A DNA stretch of 64,000 bases from Camelus ferus (lineage: Eukaryota). Numbering within the stretch: position 1 is the first letter of the stretch; each line of letters opens with the position of its first letter. The notes beneath the pieces are model-generated. The model made no database searches, had not been told where the DNA came from, and worked only from the letters and a program-made list of their open reading frames with translations. This document shows positions 22,553-35,052 of this stretch, one piece after another. Both the position numbers and the translations under genes were made by a program. Location: NCBI RefSeq assembly GCF_009834535.1, contig NC_045732.1, positions 93,124,001 to 93,188,000 of the forward strand, written 5' to 3'.

Positions 22553-24225
22553 AAGAAAAGAAACCCTGAGTCCACTTTCTCAAGACTCTTCTGGGTCCCC
22601 CAGTGCCTCCCTTTCCTATCGCCAGTCCTCCTTGCTTGGTTCAGGATGGTGGAAACCCCAACTTGTGTCATCCTCTTCTGAACTGTTTTCTGACCACCAG
22701 CTCTGGCTCCAACACAAGCAGAGCCCAGCATGGTAAATCCACACCCAGAAGTCAAGAAACAATCACCCTCTGTTCAGACAAGAGCAACAGCTGCTAGCTG
22801 GGGTCAGGGAGGGGATAGCTGAAGGCTGTCGGGAGGTTATTTCTACGGCTCAAAACTCTGCCACTGGGACATGACAACCTGTTATCTGGCTAGACTCTCA
22901 GGCCCAAAGACACCTATACATTGTAGACTTTGGATTCAGGGAGGTGAAAGAAAAATTTATGGTCTAGTCAGACTTTGGGACTCCCAGTCTCCAGCTCTTT
23001 CCAGTATATCAGTTCTTCCACAACTCTTCCACCCACTTTTGTAGAAGGAAGCATGACATGGCTTGGCATTGACTTTGCCCGCCCTTTGCCTCCTGAAAGT
23101 CTGTCTTCTGGGCAGGGTGACCAGAAGCTGTCAAAAGGGAGAATCCTCAGCCTAATCCTCATCCTACGCCTCTTCCTCCGGGAAACTGGGACACTATCCT
23201 CTGAATTCACTAAACATACAAGGTATAGAGAGGAATTCTAGCCCCAGACCGGCTATAAATGCACAGTATAATGTTGGACAAGTTAGTCACTTAAGCTCTT
23301 TGGACCTGTTTCCTCAAAGGGCTGTTGTGAGGACAGCATGTCATCACTCTGCTGAGAGTGCTAGACGAATCATCAGGCCTTCTGGGAAATGATAAGTGGG
23401 AATGGCCTCACTCCTCCACGGCCTCCAATTTTTTCTCTCCCCAGCCCTACACTGGCAGCTTCAGTTGTTGCTCCAGCTTCAGTGATCAGAGAGAATGATT
23501 GCCTAACATCTCAATGTTGTGCATAAAAAGAGTTTGTAGATAATAAGAGCAAAAGACCTATATGAACAAAAGGGATACTTGGGACTCCTGAGATTAGAAA
23601 TCTCTACTGAAACCACTTTATACAATTAATTTGGGGGTTATAAATATATGGAAAATGTGATCTTGAGATCCCACCATTGTATACCCCCTGAACCTTGCTG
23701 AACCTGGGTGGTCCAGCAAGGATACAGGAGGCCTGGTGCCTTTGATGTAGAGTTTGGCAAGTATCCCCCAGGAGCTAAAACTAGTAGTCATTTAGGGAAC
23801 AGCTCAGGTGAGCCTGTTGTGTCCTCTGGGAATTTTTTTCATCAATATGAATATGCCTGACAAAAGCCTATTACAAGAACCATAACCCTGGGAAAATAGC
23901 ATGATTAAGAAGATAAGATGATAGATTAAGGGCTTCCGTTAACCTAGGAGACAGAAGGAAAAAGAATTATAATCAGATAGTTTTAACCTCTTCTCTGCTT
24001 AACGAGACACCCAGATCATCCAACTTGAAAAGTAAGGTCAGGTCCAGTGACACGTAGGTGTGGAGGAAAGGCAAGGAGGAGTGATGTCATACGATGCAGC
24101 AGCTCCCCCTGTGTACAGCTCAGGAAGCAACAGCATCCTGGGAAAAGAGTGTGGGTTCTGGAGTCAAACAGGCATGGGTACAATTCTCCGTTCCAACACT
24201 TTTCACCTGTGTGACCATCAAGACT

Positions 24226-24674
24226 TGTGATGGTTCTGAGATTTTATCTTACTTGCAAGCTAACAAAACCTGCCACATTTTTTTTCATGGATGCTGGCAG
24301 AAGACTTGAGACTCCTGGGCCAGAGATAAGGGACTTTGTTTCTCACAGCAACAGTAGTAGCCAGAGTATAAGCATTTTCCTGTGTCAGTTCCCCTTGCTC
24401 CCAAGACTCATAAGAGCTACTCAAAACGGGGCCAGGTGACACCTGCACATGCTGTGGGTTGTGTTACAGGAGAGCAACAGTGACCTAAAGGAATCTGAAT
24501 CCTTTATTATGGGCAGTAATTTGCCTTTCCATTGCTCTGGAGGGAGCCACTATATCTTCCAAAGCTGTTCATTATACAAATATCCTTGAAAAAGTTGCCC
24601 AGAACAGTGTCAGTCTGTGTCTCTGTTCACAAGATGGGCAGAAACATGGGAGATTCATGGGAAATTGTCTCACA
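24226..24674 (-). mobile_element. Old ERV solo LTR splitting a MIR
   Basis: A TG...CA-bounded block of about 450 bp. MIR 5' half on the left (about 24140-24220) and MIR 3' half on the right (about 24690-24840). Family not assigned. Confidence 0.55.
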
Positions 24675-25019
24675 GTAATGATCATGAGCAAGTTATGCAA
24701 TCTCTTTGAATCAATCTCTTTTTCTTCATCTGTAAAATGTGTATTGTAATAGTACCTATCTCATGGAGTTGTGAAGATTAAATGAGTTCATACATGTTAA
24801 AGCACCATACACCTAGAAGATGCTCAACCAATGTTAGTTTCATTATTCTCACCCTCACTTTCTCACCACTGTCACTAGAAGGCTCTACTATTCTGCACTT
24901 CCTGTTCTGTTCCTGCAGTCATTTCATGGCTCCCAACGAAGACCTCAGTTTATTTCTCACCATTTTTTCTCCCTCATTTGCTAGTTTCCATTCATGCCCT
25001 GTCAGGATTTAATTCCCAC

Positions 25020-25200
25020 TTAACTGATTAATTCTTTATTTAACAGATATTTATAGGATGGTGACTCTGTGTCAGATACTGTGCTGGGTGCTGGCAATAC
25101 AGCAGAGAATGAAAGAGACATGGTCAGCAGCCTCACGGAGCAGGCCCTTTAGTTGCGGGGGTAGACATTAAACAAGTAAATCAGAAATTATTGATCACCA
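25020..25200 (-). mobile_element. L2 3' end
   Basis: ttatttaacagatatttatagg..gtgtcagatactgtgctgggtgctggcaatacagcagagaa. Other L2 pieces lie at about 42200-42524, 50461-50560 and 50570-50690. Confidence 0.7.
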
Positions 25201-26639
25201 GGAAAGCATAACATATGGAAGAGAGCGTTATCCACATTATTTGATCTGTACTGCCTCACTGAGAGACACGGTCCACATAGAATCATGTCTCTTACCACTT
25301 TTCCTTGATGGAGTCAGACTTTAATCCTGGGCTCTAACTAGGTAAAAGGTCAATCTAAACTTGCGGACCAGCTAGTATGTAGAACACTGTCCAAGGAGTG
25401 GAGTCCTATTACTTTTCAAGACAGGCAGCAACACTGGTGACAGAAAGGAGAGTCATGAATATAAGGCTTCTAGAATCTGCCGAGGACTTGAAAGAACAGA
25501 TCCCAGTTGACATTATTAGACATTCTTTAAGAGAAAATACAGCTATGAAAGGTGTTTTTGAAAGCAAATCTGTTGGCCTTCACGCTTAAGGAACCTACAC
25601 AGTGCCCTTATTTTTCACAATTAGCTGCACAAACCTTCCTCCCTTTATTCAAAGGTCAGCGTCACCTCTGGCATATAAAGAAATGATCATGCACTCTAAA
25701 CCAGTGAGATATTTTCTCTTCCTTCTCCTAGCTGAATATTTTTTCTCTCCAATGGGATTGCAAGAACCTTGAAGGCAAGCCTTGTCCCTCACACTTCTCT
25801 TGTAACCCACTTCCACTCTTTCCCTTCCCAGCAAAGCCTGCATCTNNNNNNNNNNNNNNNNNNNNNNNNNNNNNNNNNNNNNNNNNNNNNNNNNNNNNNN
25901 NNNNNNNNNNNNNNNNNNNNNNNNNNNNNNNNNNNNNNNNNNNNNNNNNNNNNNNNNNNNNNNNNNNNNNNNNNNNNNNNNNNNACTCTTATGGTATCAA
26001 CAAAAACATTTTTTTCCCCAAGTATTTTGTTAGCCCAAACAGACTGGTCTCCCTGGTTTCACAGATAGAAAGTCAGGTGTTAATGTGAACCAATCCCATG
26101 CTAGTACAGTACTGCTAAAAATAGAAGCAAGGAAACATTATCCCTAACTCTCTCTTTAATCATTAGCTCGGCCTCTTAGTCTAATCCCCTTGATCATGAG
26201 TCAGGGACCTTTCCAAGACGTCCGTCACTGCTTCTGCCCAGGGCAGGGGGCAAGGGGTGATTAACTTCAGGGGAGGGCTTGAGGAGGAGGTTGTTACCTC
26301 TCAGCTATTGTAACTTGGAAGTCAAGAGGAGGAGCCAGCTCTTTGGAGAAACGAGATTGGAAGGAATTTTTGAATGCTTGTGAGCAGTAGAGAAGAAGAA
26401 GCTATGACAATTGCAAAAAATTAGCCCAGGCACTAAATCTGGCTGTTCACTTATCAGGACTGGACCTAGGAGACCTTGGAAAGTCAATAATTCCTAACTT
26501 GATTCTAGAGAGGGGGATGGTGTAATAAGAAAAGCATAGAATTTTGACTTTGATAGCCCACTGTACTTAAGTCTAAAGTTAATATACTTACACACCTCCT
26601 AAAAAATGTGAGAAATTTAGAGCACTATAACTGTAATCA

Positions 26640-27220
26640 CTTCTCTCCAGACTTTTACTCCTTTTAAAAAAACTGTGAAATATAATATACATACAGAATT
26701 TGAAACAGACTTTGTTTTTAGGGCAGTTTTAGGTTGATAGCAAAATTGAATAGAAAGTACAGAGAGTCCCCATATACTCCCTGCCCCCACCAACCTCCCC
26801 CCACCATCAACATCCCATACCAGAGCAGGACATTTGTTACAATCAATGAACCTACACTGACACATCATAATCACCCAAAGTCCTCAGTTTACATTAGGGT
26901 TCCCTCTTGGTGTTGTACATGCTATGCATTTTGACAAGTATATAATGGCATGTATCCACCATTATAGTATCATACAGAATAGCTTTACTGCCCTAAAAAT
27001 CCTCTGTCCTCCATCTAGTCATCCCTCCCTCCCCACTAACCCTTAGCAACCACTGACATTTTCACTATCTCCAGTTTTAACTTTTCCATAATGTTATATA
27101 ATTGGAATCATAACAGTGTGTAGTCTTTTCAGATTGACTTATCTCACTAAGCATATGAATTTAAGTTTCTCCACATTTTTTCATGGCTTGATAGCTCATT
27201 TCTTATCTGTACTGATTACA
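26640..27220 (-). mobile_element. Old L1 3'UTR, antisense
   Basis: tttagggcagttttaggttgatagcaaaattg...acatttgttacaatcaatgaacctacactgacacatcataatcacccaaagtcc. Confidence 0.8.
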
Positions 27221-27729
27221 CAAATTTGATGCATAAAATATTGTGTGGCCTAATGAAAAAAAATTAAAAGCTAACACCATAGGGAACTCACTACCCTGGG
27301 CAAGAAATAGAAGATTGACAGCACTCAAGAAATAATCCTCCTCCCATGTGGCCTTGTAAAAACAACTAGTCTGGACTCTTTAAAATATAAATAACATGAA
27401 AAGAAAAAGGGTAAGGTCTGTTTTAGGTTAAAGAAATCTAAAGAGACAAAGTAACAAAATGTAATATGTGAACCTTGTTTGGTTATTGGTTCCCCACCCC
27501 CACCCCCCAAAAAGACCCATAAAAGACATTCTTGGAGAAGTTTGAATATGGACTGTTTATTAGATGATACTATACAATTATGTTAATTTATTCAAGGATG
27601 ATAAAGGTATTGAGGTTCTATAGGAGTATGTCCTTATTTGGGGGAGATTAATGCTGAAATATTTAGGGATGTTTCCTAATGCCTGCAACTTATTTTTATA
27701 CAGCTCAGCAAAAATATACATGGATATAT

Positions 27730-29790
27730 ATGGGAGTTCCATTGCTGGCATGATGATGTGAGGAGCTCTGTGGACCAGCTCTTCAGTGAAATTGGTGGAA
27801 ATTGTGAAAAAAATACATACGACCATTAAAAATCTCTGGAAATGATCCTAAGGACATACAAAAAATGAAGAAACATCTACTCAAGAAAGTCTACTAAAAT
27901 TTGATTAGAACATGGGGACAATGTGGTATTTGAACCAAGACCCATTCCCTTCCTCCCTCTTTCCTAGCTCTGCAAGAAGAAAACTCCTCTCCAGACTGAT
28001 GCAAATAAGAACACAGGTCTCTACCTTCCCTGAGCTCCCAGTTGGAGGGCTGACATCTCAGGAAGTGCAGGATGTGAGCTTTTCTCATCTGGCCCTTAGC
28101 TATCTGTTGCTGAGGCTAAGATCCAGTGAGTGTGGCCAAGAGGTGCAGGTTTCCTTTTTCTGTGCAGCCCCCACTTGTGGGATGGAGGCTCTACCTTGGG
28201 TATGGCACTGCTGAGAATATTCGGGCACTGATCACCCTTGCTCTGGCTTGTAAGGTGGTGGTTCTCTGCTGGGAGAAGCAAGCCTTGAAAACTTGAGGTT
28301 ACTGCCCCCTATTCCTCTGAGTATTAAGCTTCTAGAGGCAGAAGAGAGAAGGGAGCAGAAAAAGTATTTGAAGAAATAATAGCTGCAGTCTTCACAAATA
28401 TATTGAAAAACATTTGTCTACACATCCACGAAGCTCAATGAACTCTAAGGAAATACAAAACAAGATAAAAACAGGAAATGCAAGGAANNNNNNNNNNNNN
28501 NNNNNNNNNNNNNNNNNNNNNNNNNNNNNNNNNNNNNNNNNNNNNNNNNNNNNNNNNNNNNNNNNNNNNNNNNNNNNNNNNNNNNNNNNNNNNNNNNNNN
28601 NNNNNNNNNNNNNNNNNNNNNNNNNNNNNNNNNNNNNNNNNGACTGATCAGAGAAATGCAAATTAAAACCACAGTTGGATGCCATTCACACCCACTAAAA
28701 TGACTATAATAAAAAGTCAGATAATAACAAGTGGTGTCAAAGANNNNNNNNNNNNNNNNNNNNNNNNNNNNNNNNNNNNNNNNNNNNNNNNNNNNNNNNN
28801 NNNNNNNNNNNNNNNNNNNNNNNNNNNNNNNNNNNNNNNNNNNNNNNNNNNNNNNNNNNNNNNNNNNNNNNNNNNNNNAGAGAAATGTACATACATGTTC
28901 ACACAAAAATTTGTACACAATGGTTTGTTGTATAGCAGCATTATTCATAGTAGGTAAAAGGTATTAACAACCCAATGCCTATCAACTGATGAATGGATAT
29001 ACAAAATGTGATATAGCTAGACAATGGAATATTATTTGGCTATAAATAGGAATTAAATGCTGTTATAGACTGAATTATGTCCCTCCAAATGTATATGTTG
29101 AAGCCCTAACCCCCAATGTATATGAATTTGGATGTAGAGCTTTTAAGGAGATAATTAATGTTAAAAGAGGTACTAAAGGTAGAGTCTTAATCCCATAGGA
29201 CTCGGATGCTTATAAGAAGAGGATGAAATACCAGAGATCTCCCTCTTTGCAGGCACACAGAGGAAAGGCCATATGAGGCCATTGAGAACATGGCGGTGTG
29301 CAACCCAAGGAGCAGTCTCACCAGAAACCAACCATGATGGCACCTCGATCTTGGACTTCCAGATTCCAGAACTGTGAGAAAATAAATGTGTTGTTTAAAC
29401 ATCTCTGGTTGTAGTGTTCTGTTATGGCAGACCAAGCAGACAAATACAAGTACGGACACGTGCCATGGCATGTATGAAACTTTAAAACATTATGTTAAAT
29501 GAAGGAAGCCAATCACAAAAAACATATGATTCCGTATATATGAAATGTCCATAATACACAAATCTACTGAGACAGAAGGTATACTAGTGCTTGCTTAGGG
29601 CTGGGAGGATGGGGGGATGGGGAGTGGATAGCTAAAACTATGACGTTTACATCTGAGGTGATGAAAATGTCCTAAAATCAAATATGCTTATGGTTGCATA
29701 TAGCTGTGATTATATTAAAAACCATTGAATCATACACTTCAAATGGGTGAATTGTATGGTGTATGAATTACATTTCAATAAAGCTGTTAA
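27730..29790 (+). mobile_element. Old L1 fragments (5' region, then ORF2 end and 3'UTR)
   Basis: gaaatgcaaattaaaaccaca...cattcacacccactaaaatgactataataaaa...gaattacatttcaataaagctg. Two N-runs and an MLT1 insertion lie inside. Confidence 0.75.
29061..29448 (+). mobile_element. MLT1 solo LTR inserted into an old L1
   Basis: tgttatagactgaattatgtccctcc...gaagccctaacccccaatg...aataaatgtgttgttt...caaataca. L1 3' sequence continues on both sides. Confidence 0.85.
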
Positions 29791-29959
29791 AATGTATGTA
29801 TGTATACATGGAGAAATATAAAGCAAAATGCCAAGATGTTAGCATTTGTTACATCCAATTAGAGGGTACGTAAGTGTTAATTGTTTTATTTTTCCAACTT
29901 TTCCAGTATCTGTCAAATTTTCCTTAATAAAAAATTGAAAAAAAAATAGAAGCCTTCCC

Positions 29960-31110
29960 ATGTGTCCCTTCTTGGTCACTCTCATTTTTCCTCTTGAAGA
30001 AATAACCAATATGTTGACTTTTGTTAATCATGTCCTTTCTTTTCTTTATAGTTCTACTATCTATGTATGAGTTCCTAAACAATGGAGTTTAGTTTTCCTG
30101 TTTTTCAGCTTTCTATACATGGGGTCATAGAGTATGTAATATTTGTTCCTGACTTGTTTCCATCAATATTATGTTTGTAGGGTACATTTGTGGTCTTACA
30201 TATAGCCACAGTTCATTAATTTTCATTGCTAAATAGTATTTTATTGTTTGGAAATATCACAAATTTTTATCTTGTCTACTGCTGGTCAACACTTTGGATT
30301 ATTCAAGTATAAGGGCTATTACAACAGTGCTGCTAAGAACATTCTTGTACATGTCTTTTGATGAACATACATACAAATTTCTGTTGTGTGTATATATAGA
30401 AGTGGAATTGCTGGGTCACAGAAAATGCATTAATTTCAAATCTAGATGATGCCAAACTTTTTCAAAATGGCTAAATCACATTACATCTCCACCAGCAGTA
30501 TGTCAGAGTTCCTGTTCCACATCTCTGCCAAAAATTGATATTGTAAGGATTAAAAAAAAAAACTTAGCTATTCTGGTAGATGTGTGGTGATATTGCATAA
30601 TGGTTTTAATTTGCATTTCTCTGGTAAAATTGAGGACATTTTCATATGTTTATTGGCCATGTGGATTTCCATTTTTGTGAAGTTACTGTTTATGACTTTT
30701 TGCCCATTTAAAAATTTTTATTATAATTTTCCAGCAATTCTGTACATGTCCCAGGTCCTAGAACTTTATTTGCTACATATATATTGCAAATATCTTCCTC
30801 TAGTCTATGGATCAATTTTTAATTCTCTTAATGGTATCTTTTAATGAACTGTTTAATTTTAATGGAGTCAAAGTTATCAGTTTTTTTCTTTATGGTTAAT
30901 AATTTTGTGTACTATTCAAGAGATTCTTCACTATCCCAAGGTTGTGAACATAATCATTTACCTTTTAAAAGCATAATTTTGCCCCTCAAATTTAGATGTA
31001 TAACCTGTTTGTACTGATTTTGGGGTATTAATTGAAGTAAGGGTCCAATTTATTTCCTTTTTCTATGTGTGTACCCAGTTGTCCCAGCATCATTTTTTAA
31101 AAGAACCATC
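29960..31110 (-). mobile_element. Old L1 3' region, antisense
   Basis: T-rich reverse L1 hallmarks such as agaagtggaattgctgggtcaca and ggttttaatttgcatttctctg. Confidence 0.75.
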
Positions 31111-32054
31111 TATGCCTCTTGGCTATTCTTTCAAGAAGATTTTGCCATTCAGCTGCAAGGAGTGCATTTAGCTGTCAGCCTCCGGTGCATCACCTTTGAG
31201 ATCGCTAAAGTATTTAAGCAAAAGCCAAGATTTTCCCACACAGCCCCTAGTCAATGACTGAGCATGGGAGGTGTACAAAGCTAAGGTCTGATCCTTTCTG
31301 CCCAATGAGGAATTTCTCTAATGAACTCTTCATTCAGGATGCCAAAATTTTCACAATTTAAGGTTCTCAATGCCCAATCTTGCTTTCCCTTCCTTTCCCA
31401 CGTTACCCTCCAGTAAACCTCTTGTGCTTTGTGCTCCATTTAGGTGTCTCCTTACCAGAGGACCTAAACTAATACATCTGCTACCAGGAGTGATCCAAGA
31501 AATCAGGCAGTAAAATGGAGTTTGGGAGATGGTATTACTCACCACCAGGCTGTCAAGGCAGACCCCATCCCTAGTGGTAAGTGTGGTATGTATTGTCCCA
31601 GGCACCAGATGGTGGCACACTTGCTGAAACTTTCACAAGTAGTGTCTTGGGGAAATGTTCTATGAAAGGGAATGCTTTGTCCATGCAATGATTCAGGCTT
31701 CTGGGAAATGGGGGCAGGGGGCGTGGAGAAGAGGGAATCATACAAAGACAATGAAATTTATCAGCTGTTATTTAGTTTTATTGATACCTACAGAAGGATA
31801 ATGAAAAGGTGAGGGCTGTTAATGAACAGTCAAATACTGTGAAATATAGAGTGTCTCTTTGGTAACTTACACCAAAGCTCTTATCTTCTGCAAGGGAAGA
31901 ACACAAAAAAATCTGAAGACCAAACTCAGGATTTTAAAGAGTAGAGGAGCTTTGAAGATGCCAATATTTGGTAGAGGCAAGTTTGTTATGCTAAAGTCAG
32001 AGCCTTGGTTGGGAAAACTTGGGGCACATGTGGTTGAATGACCCTGAACATTTT

Positions 32055-32409
32055 GGCTTCTTAGTCCATTCCAGTTACTATAACAAAATGCCACAGATTT
32101 GGTGACTTATAAACAACAGAAATTTACCATTCACAGTTCTGGAGGCTGGAAGCCTGAGGTCAGCATGCCAGCCTGGTTGGGTGAGGGCCCTCNNNNNNNN
32201 NNNNNNNNNNNNNNNNNNNNNNNNNNNNNNNNNNNNNNNNNNNNNNNNNNNNNNNNNNNNNNNNNNNNNNNNNNNNNNNNNNNNNNNNNNNNNNNNNNNN
32301 NNNNNNNNNNNNNNNNNNNNNNNNNNNNNNNNNNNNNNNNNNNNNNNNNNNNNNNTTAGGATTTCAACAAATAAATTTGGGAGGGACACAAACATTTAGA
32401 TCATAACAG
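32055..32409 (-). mobile_element. MLT1 solo LTR (partly N-masked)
   Basis: ttagtccattccagttactataacaaaatgccacag...cacagttctggaggctggaag...ggagggacacaaacatttagatcataaca is a reverse-oriented MLT1 LTR. Confidence 0.8.
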
Positions 32410-32419
32410 CTCCCCGAGC

Positions 32420-32556
32420 TAGCACTGCCAGATTTAGCAAATAAAAATATAACAAAAATTAAAATATCACATGGGACATAATTATGCTAAAATTGTATTT
32501 GTTTATCTGAAATTCTAATTTAACTGGGCATCCTATCAATTATCTGACAGCACTAC
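32420..32556. mobile_element. MER53-like non-autonomous DNA transposon (internally deleted)
   Basis: gccagatttagcaaataaaaata...tttgtttatctgaaattctaatttaactgggcatcct...tatctgacagcact. Confidence 0.75.
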
Positions 32557-32729
32557 CCCAGCCCCCTCTGCACCCTCAGTACCGGCACAGGTGGCCCATT
32601 CCTTCTTATTAAGAAATAATGCACCAGCCCCCCTCCCCATGTGGGAAGACACTGCAGAGGCCTCTCTCCCTCAAGGCAGCAGGAGACCCCCTCAGGATCT
32701 ACCCACCTCTTCTCCTGCAGTCATAGCAG

Positions 32730-32948
32730 CATAACCCATCTAAGAACATCATGGGCCTGATGGGGGAGGACAGGGCCTGTATCCCAAGGGATATGCACAA
32801 ATTAGCTAGAATGTGTTGGCTGGAGTCAGAAGAGTATTCATGGGACTTGATTTTGAGGGTGCTCAATCAAGGGGGCCATGTCATAAGACTGGATAAGGGA
32901 GAATTTATTGATTTGAGGATACTCTCTTGGGGTATAAGATTTAATACT
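32730..32948 (+). mobile_element. ERV-L gag remnant
   Basis: ORF 32751..32978 (WDLILRVLNQGGHVIRLDKGEFIDL) resembles the ERV-L gag motif WEWILRVWDNGGRNIKLDQAEFIDM. Confidence 0.75.
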
Positions 32949-33448
32949 TATAATAGTTCATTTTATGTGTCCACCTGACTGGGCTAAGGGATGCTCAGAT
33001 GGCTGATAAAACATGATTTCTGCGTGTATCTGTGCAAGTGTTTTTTGGAAGAGAATAGCATTTATTTCAGGAGACTGATACAGAGGTTCACCCTCACTCA
33101 TCAGTGTGGACAAGAGGTCCACCCTCACTCATCGATGTGGACAAGCATCATCTAATCTGTTGAGGGTCCAAAAAGAACAAAACGGTGAAGAAAGGGTGAA
33201 TTTCCTTTCTCTCTTCTTGAGCTAGAATGTTCATTTTTCCTGTCCTCGGATATCAGAACTCCTGGTTCTCAGGCCTTTGGACTCAGAAGAAATGATATCA
33301 CCAACTTTCCCAGTCGCCAGCTTACAGACAGCAGATCATGGGACTTCTTGGCCTCCATAACCACATGAGCCAATTCCTATGAATCCCCTCTTACATATCT
33401 ATGTATATGCTATTGATTATATTTCTCTGGAGAGTTCTTACTAATACA
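32949..33448 (+). mobile_element. MLT2-type (ERV-L) LTR
   Basis: It starts tataatagttcattttatgtgtccacctgactgggctaaggga and ends ...tctctggagagttcttactaataca, as MLT2 LTRs do. It is followed by gattttggt. Confidence 0.8.
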
Positions 33449-35052
33449 GATTTTGGTCCTGGGGGCAGAGTAGTGCTGCTGTATCAAATACCGAAGAAAC
33501 TGAAAGCAGCTTTGGAACTGGGTAATGGATAGAGGCTGGAAGAGTTTGGAGGTACCTGCTAGAAAAAGCCTACAATGCCATGAACAGACCATTAAAGGCC
33601 ATTTGGGTGATGGCTCAGAAGAAAAGAGCTGTAGAGACAGCCTCAGTCTTCTTAGAGAATAGCTAAGTGGTCATAAACAGAATGGTTACAGTATGTCACA
33701 GAATGGACAGTAAAGGTCATTCTGATAAATTCTCAATGGAAATGTGGAACATCTTATTGGAAACTAGGGGGAACTTGTTATAAAGTGGCAAAGAGCTTGG
33801 CTGAATTGTGTTCATGTCCTAGTGTTTTGCAGAAGACAGAATTTGTGAGCGATAAAATTGGATATTTGGCTGAAACTATTTCTAAGCAAAGTGTTGAAGG
33901 AGCAGCTTGGCTTCTCTTGAATGCTCGTAGTAAAATGAGACAAGAGCAATGGCTTAAAGACAGAATTGTTAATCAAAAGTATAACAAATTAAAGTTTTGG
34001 AAAATTCTCAGCCTATCCATATGGTGAAAAAATGAGAAAGCATGTTCATATGAGAACACTAATAGCATGACCAAGGGATGCTTTGATAAGATTAGTAGGG
34101 TGTAAGCTGTGAACTTAATCAGCCACCCCAGCAGGAAAACAGTCTATTTGAACTGAAGGAGGAGATGGGAAAGAATGAGAGAAAAGTTCTTAGATTTTAT
34201 AGGACAGGACCATAGAGTTATTCATCTGTGAAAGTGCAATATTCTTCAAGACAAGGGACAAAGGACCCAAAGGCAATTCAGAGATTATCATGGCTGCCTC
34301 CTTGGTTCCAAAGGTGGGGGGCATCTCCTGGGTTTCAACAGACCAGATGACTCCCACTCAAAGTTATGGGTGCTGGACTTCTGCCCAGTGGAGTTGTTGG
34401 GAGCTGAGTCACCCCTAAGACCCAGACTGGTAGAGCCACCAGCATGTGATTCCAGCCTGAGAGAGCTGCCACATGAGCTGCATCCAGCAAAGCCATGGGA
34501 GCTGAGCACCCCAGTGTGTCCTGAAGGCAGAGTTCCTGTCCCAATGTGTCTAGAAGGTGGGACCTCTGCCCTAGAGGGTGAAGCGTTAAGTTAAAGATTA
34601 TTCTCAAGCCTTAAGATTTAATATTGTTTGTCTTGGAGTTCGACTCGCTTGGGACCTGCCACCCCTTCCTTTCCTGTTTCTCCCTTTTGGAATGGGAATG
34701 TCTGCTCTATGCTGGTCCCACCATTGCGTTTTGGAAGCTCATAACTTGTTTGATTCCACAAGTTCACAGCTGGAAGGGAATGTGTTTCAGAATGAATCAT
34801 ACCTTGAGTTTCATCCAATTTAGATGCTATTTAAATGAGACTTTGGACTTTATACTTTTAAGTTGATGCTGAAATGAGTTGTCTTTTGGGATGGAATGAA
34901 TGTATTTGCATGCAAGAAAGACATTAATTTTGGAGGGCTGCGGTGGAATGCCATATTCTGAATGTTTGTGTTCCTGCAAAATTCATATGTTGAAGTCCTA
35001 ACCCCCAAAGGTGATGGTGAGGCCTTTGGGAAGTGCTTAGGTCATGAGGGTT
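33449..35052 (+). mobile_element. MaLR (MLT1) internal region plus the first about 100 bp of an MLT1 LTR (from 34949)
   Basis: It has the MaLR-int start (gcagctttggaactgggtaatgg..agaggctggaagagtttggagg) and end (purine tract tggagggctgcggtggaa). The MLT1 LTR start follows (tgccatattctgaatgtttgtgttcc..ttgaagtcctaacccc). Confidence 0.8.

Noticed and set aside
23500-24000. Possible processed-pseudogene or coding remnant
   Set aside because: The translations I tried gave stops and no recognisable protein, so it cannot be supported without a database search.
27632-27641. Perfect CArG box CCTTATTTGG
   Set aside because: It lies inside an old L1-type 3' fragment and is isolated, so there is no support for function.
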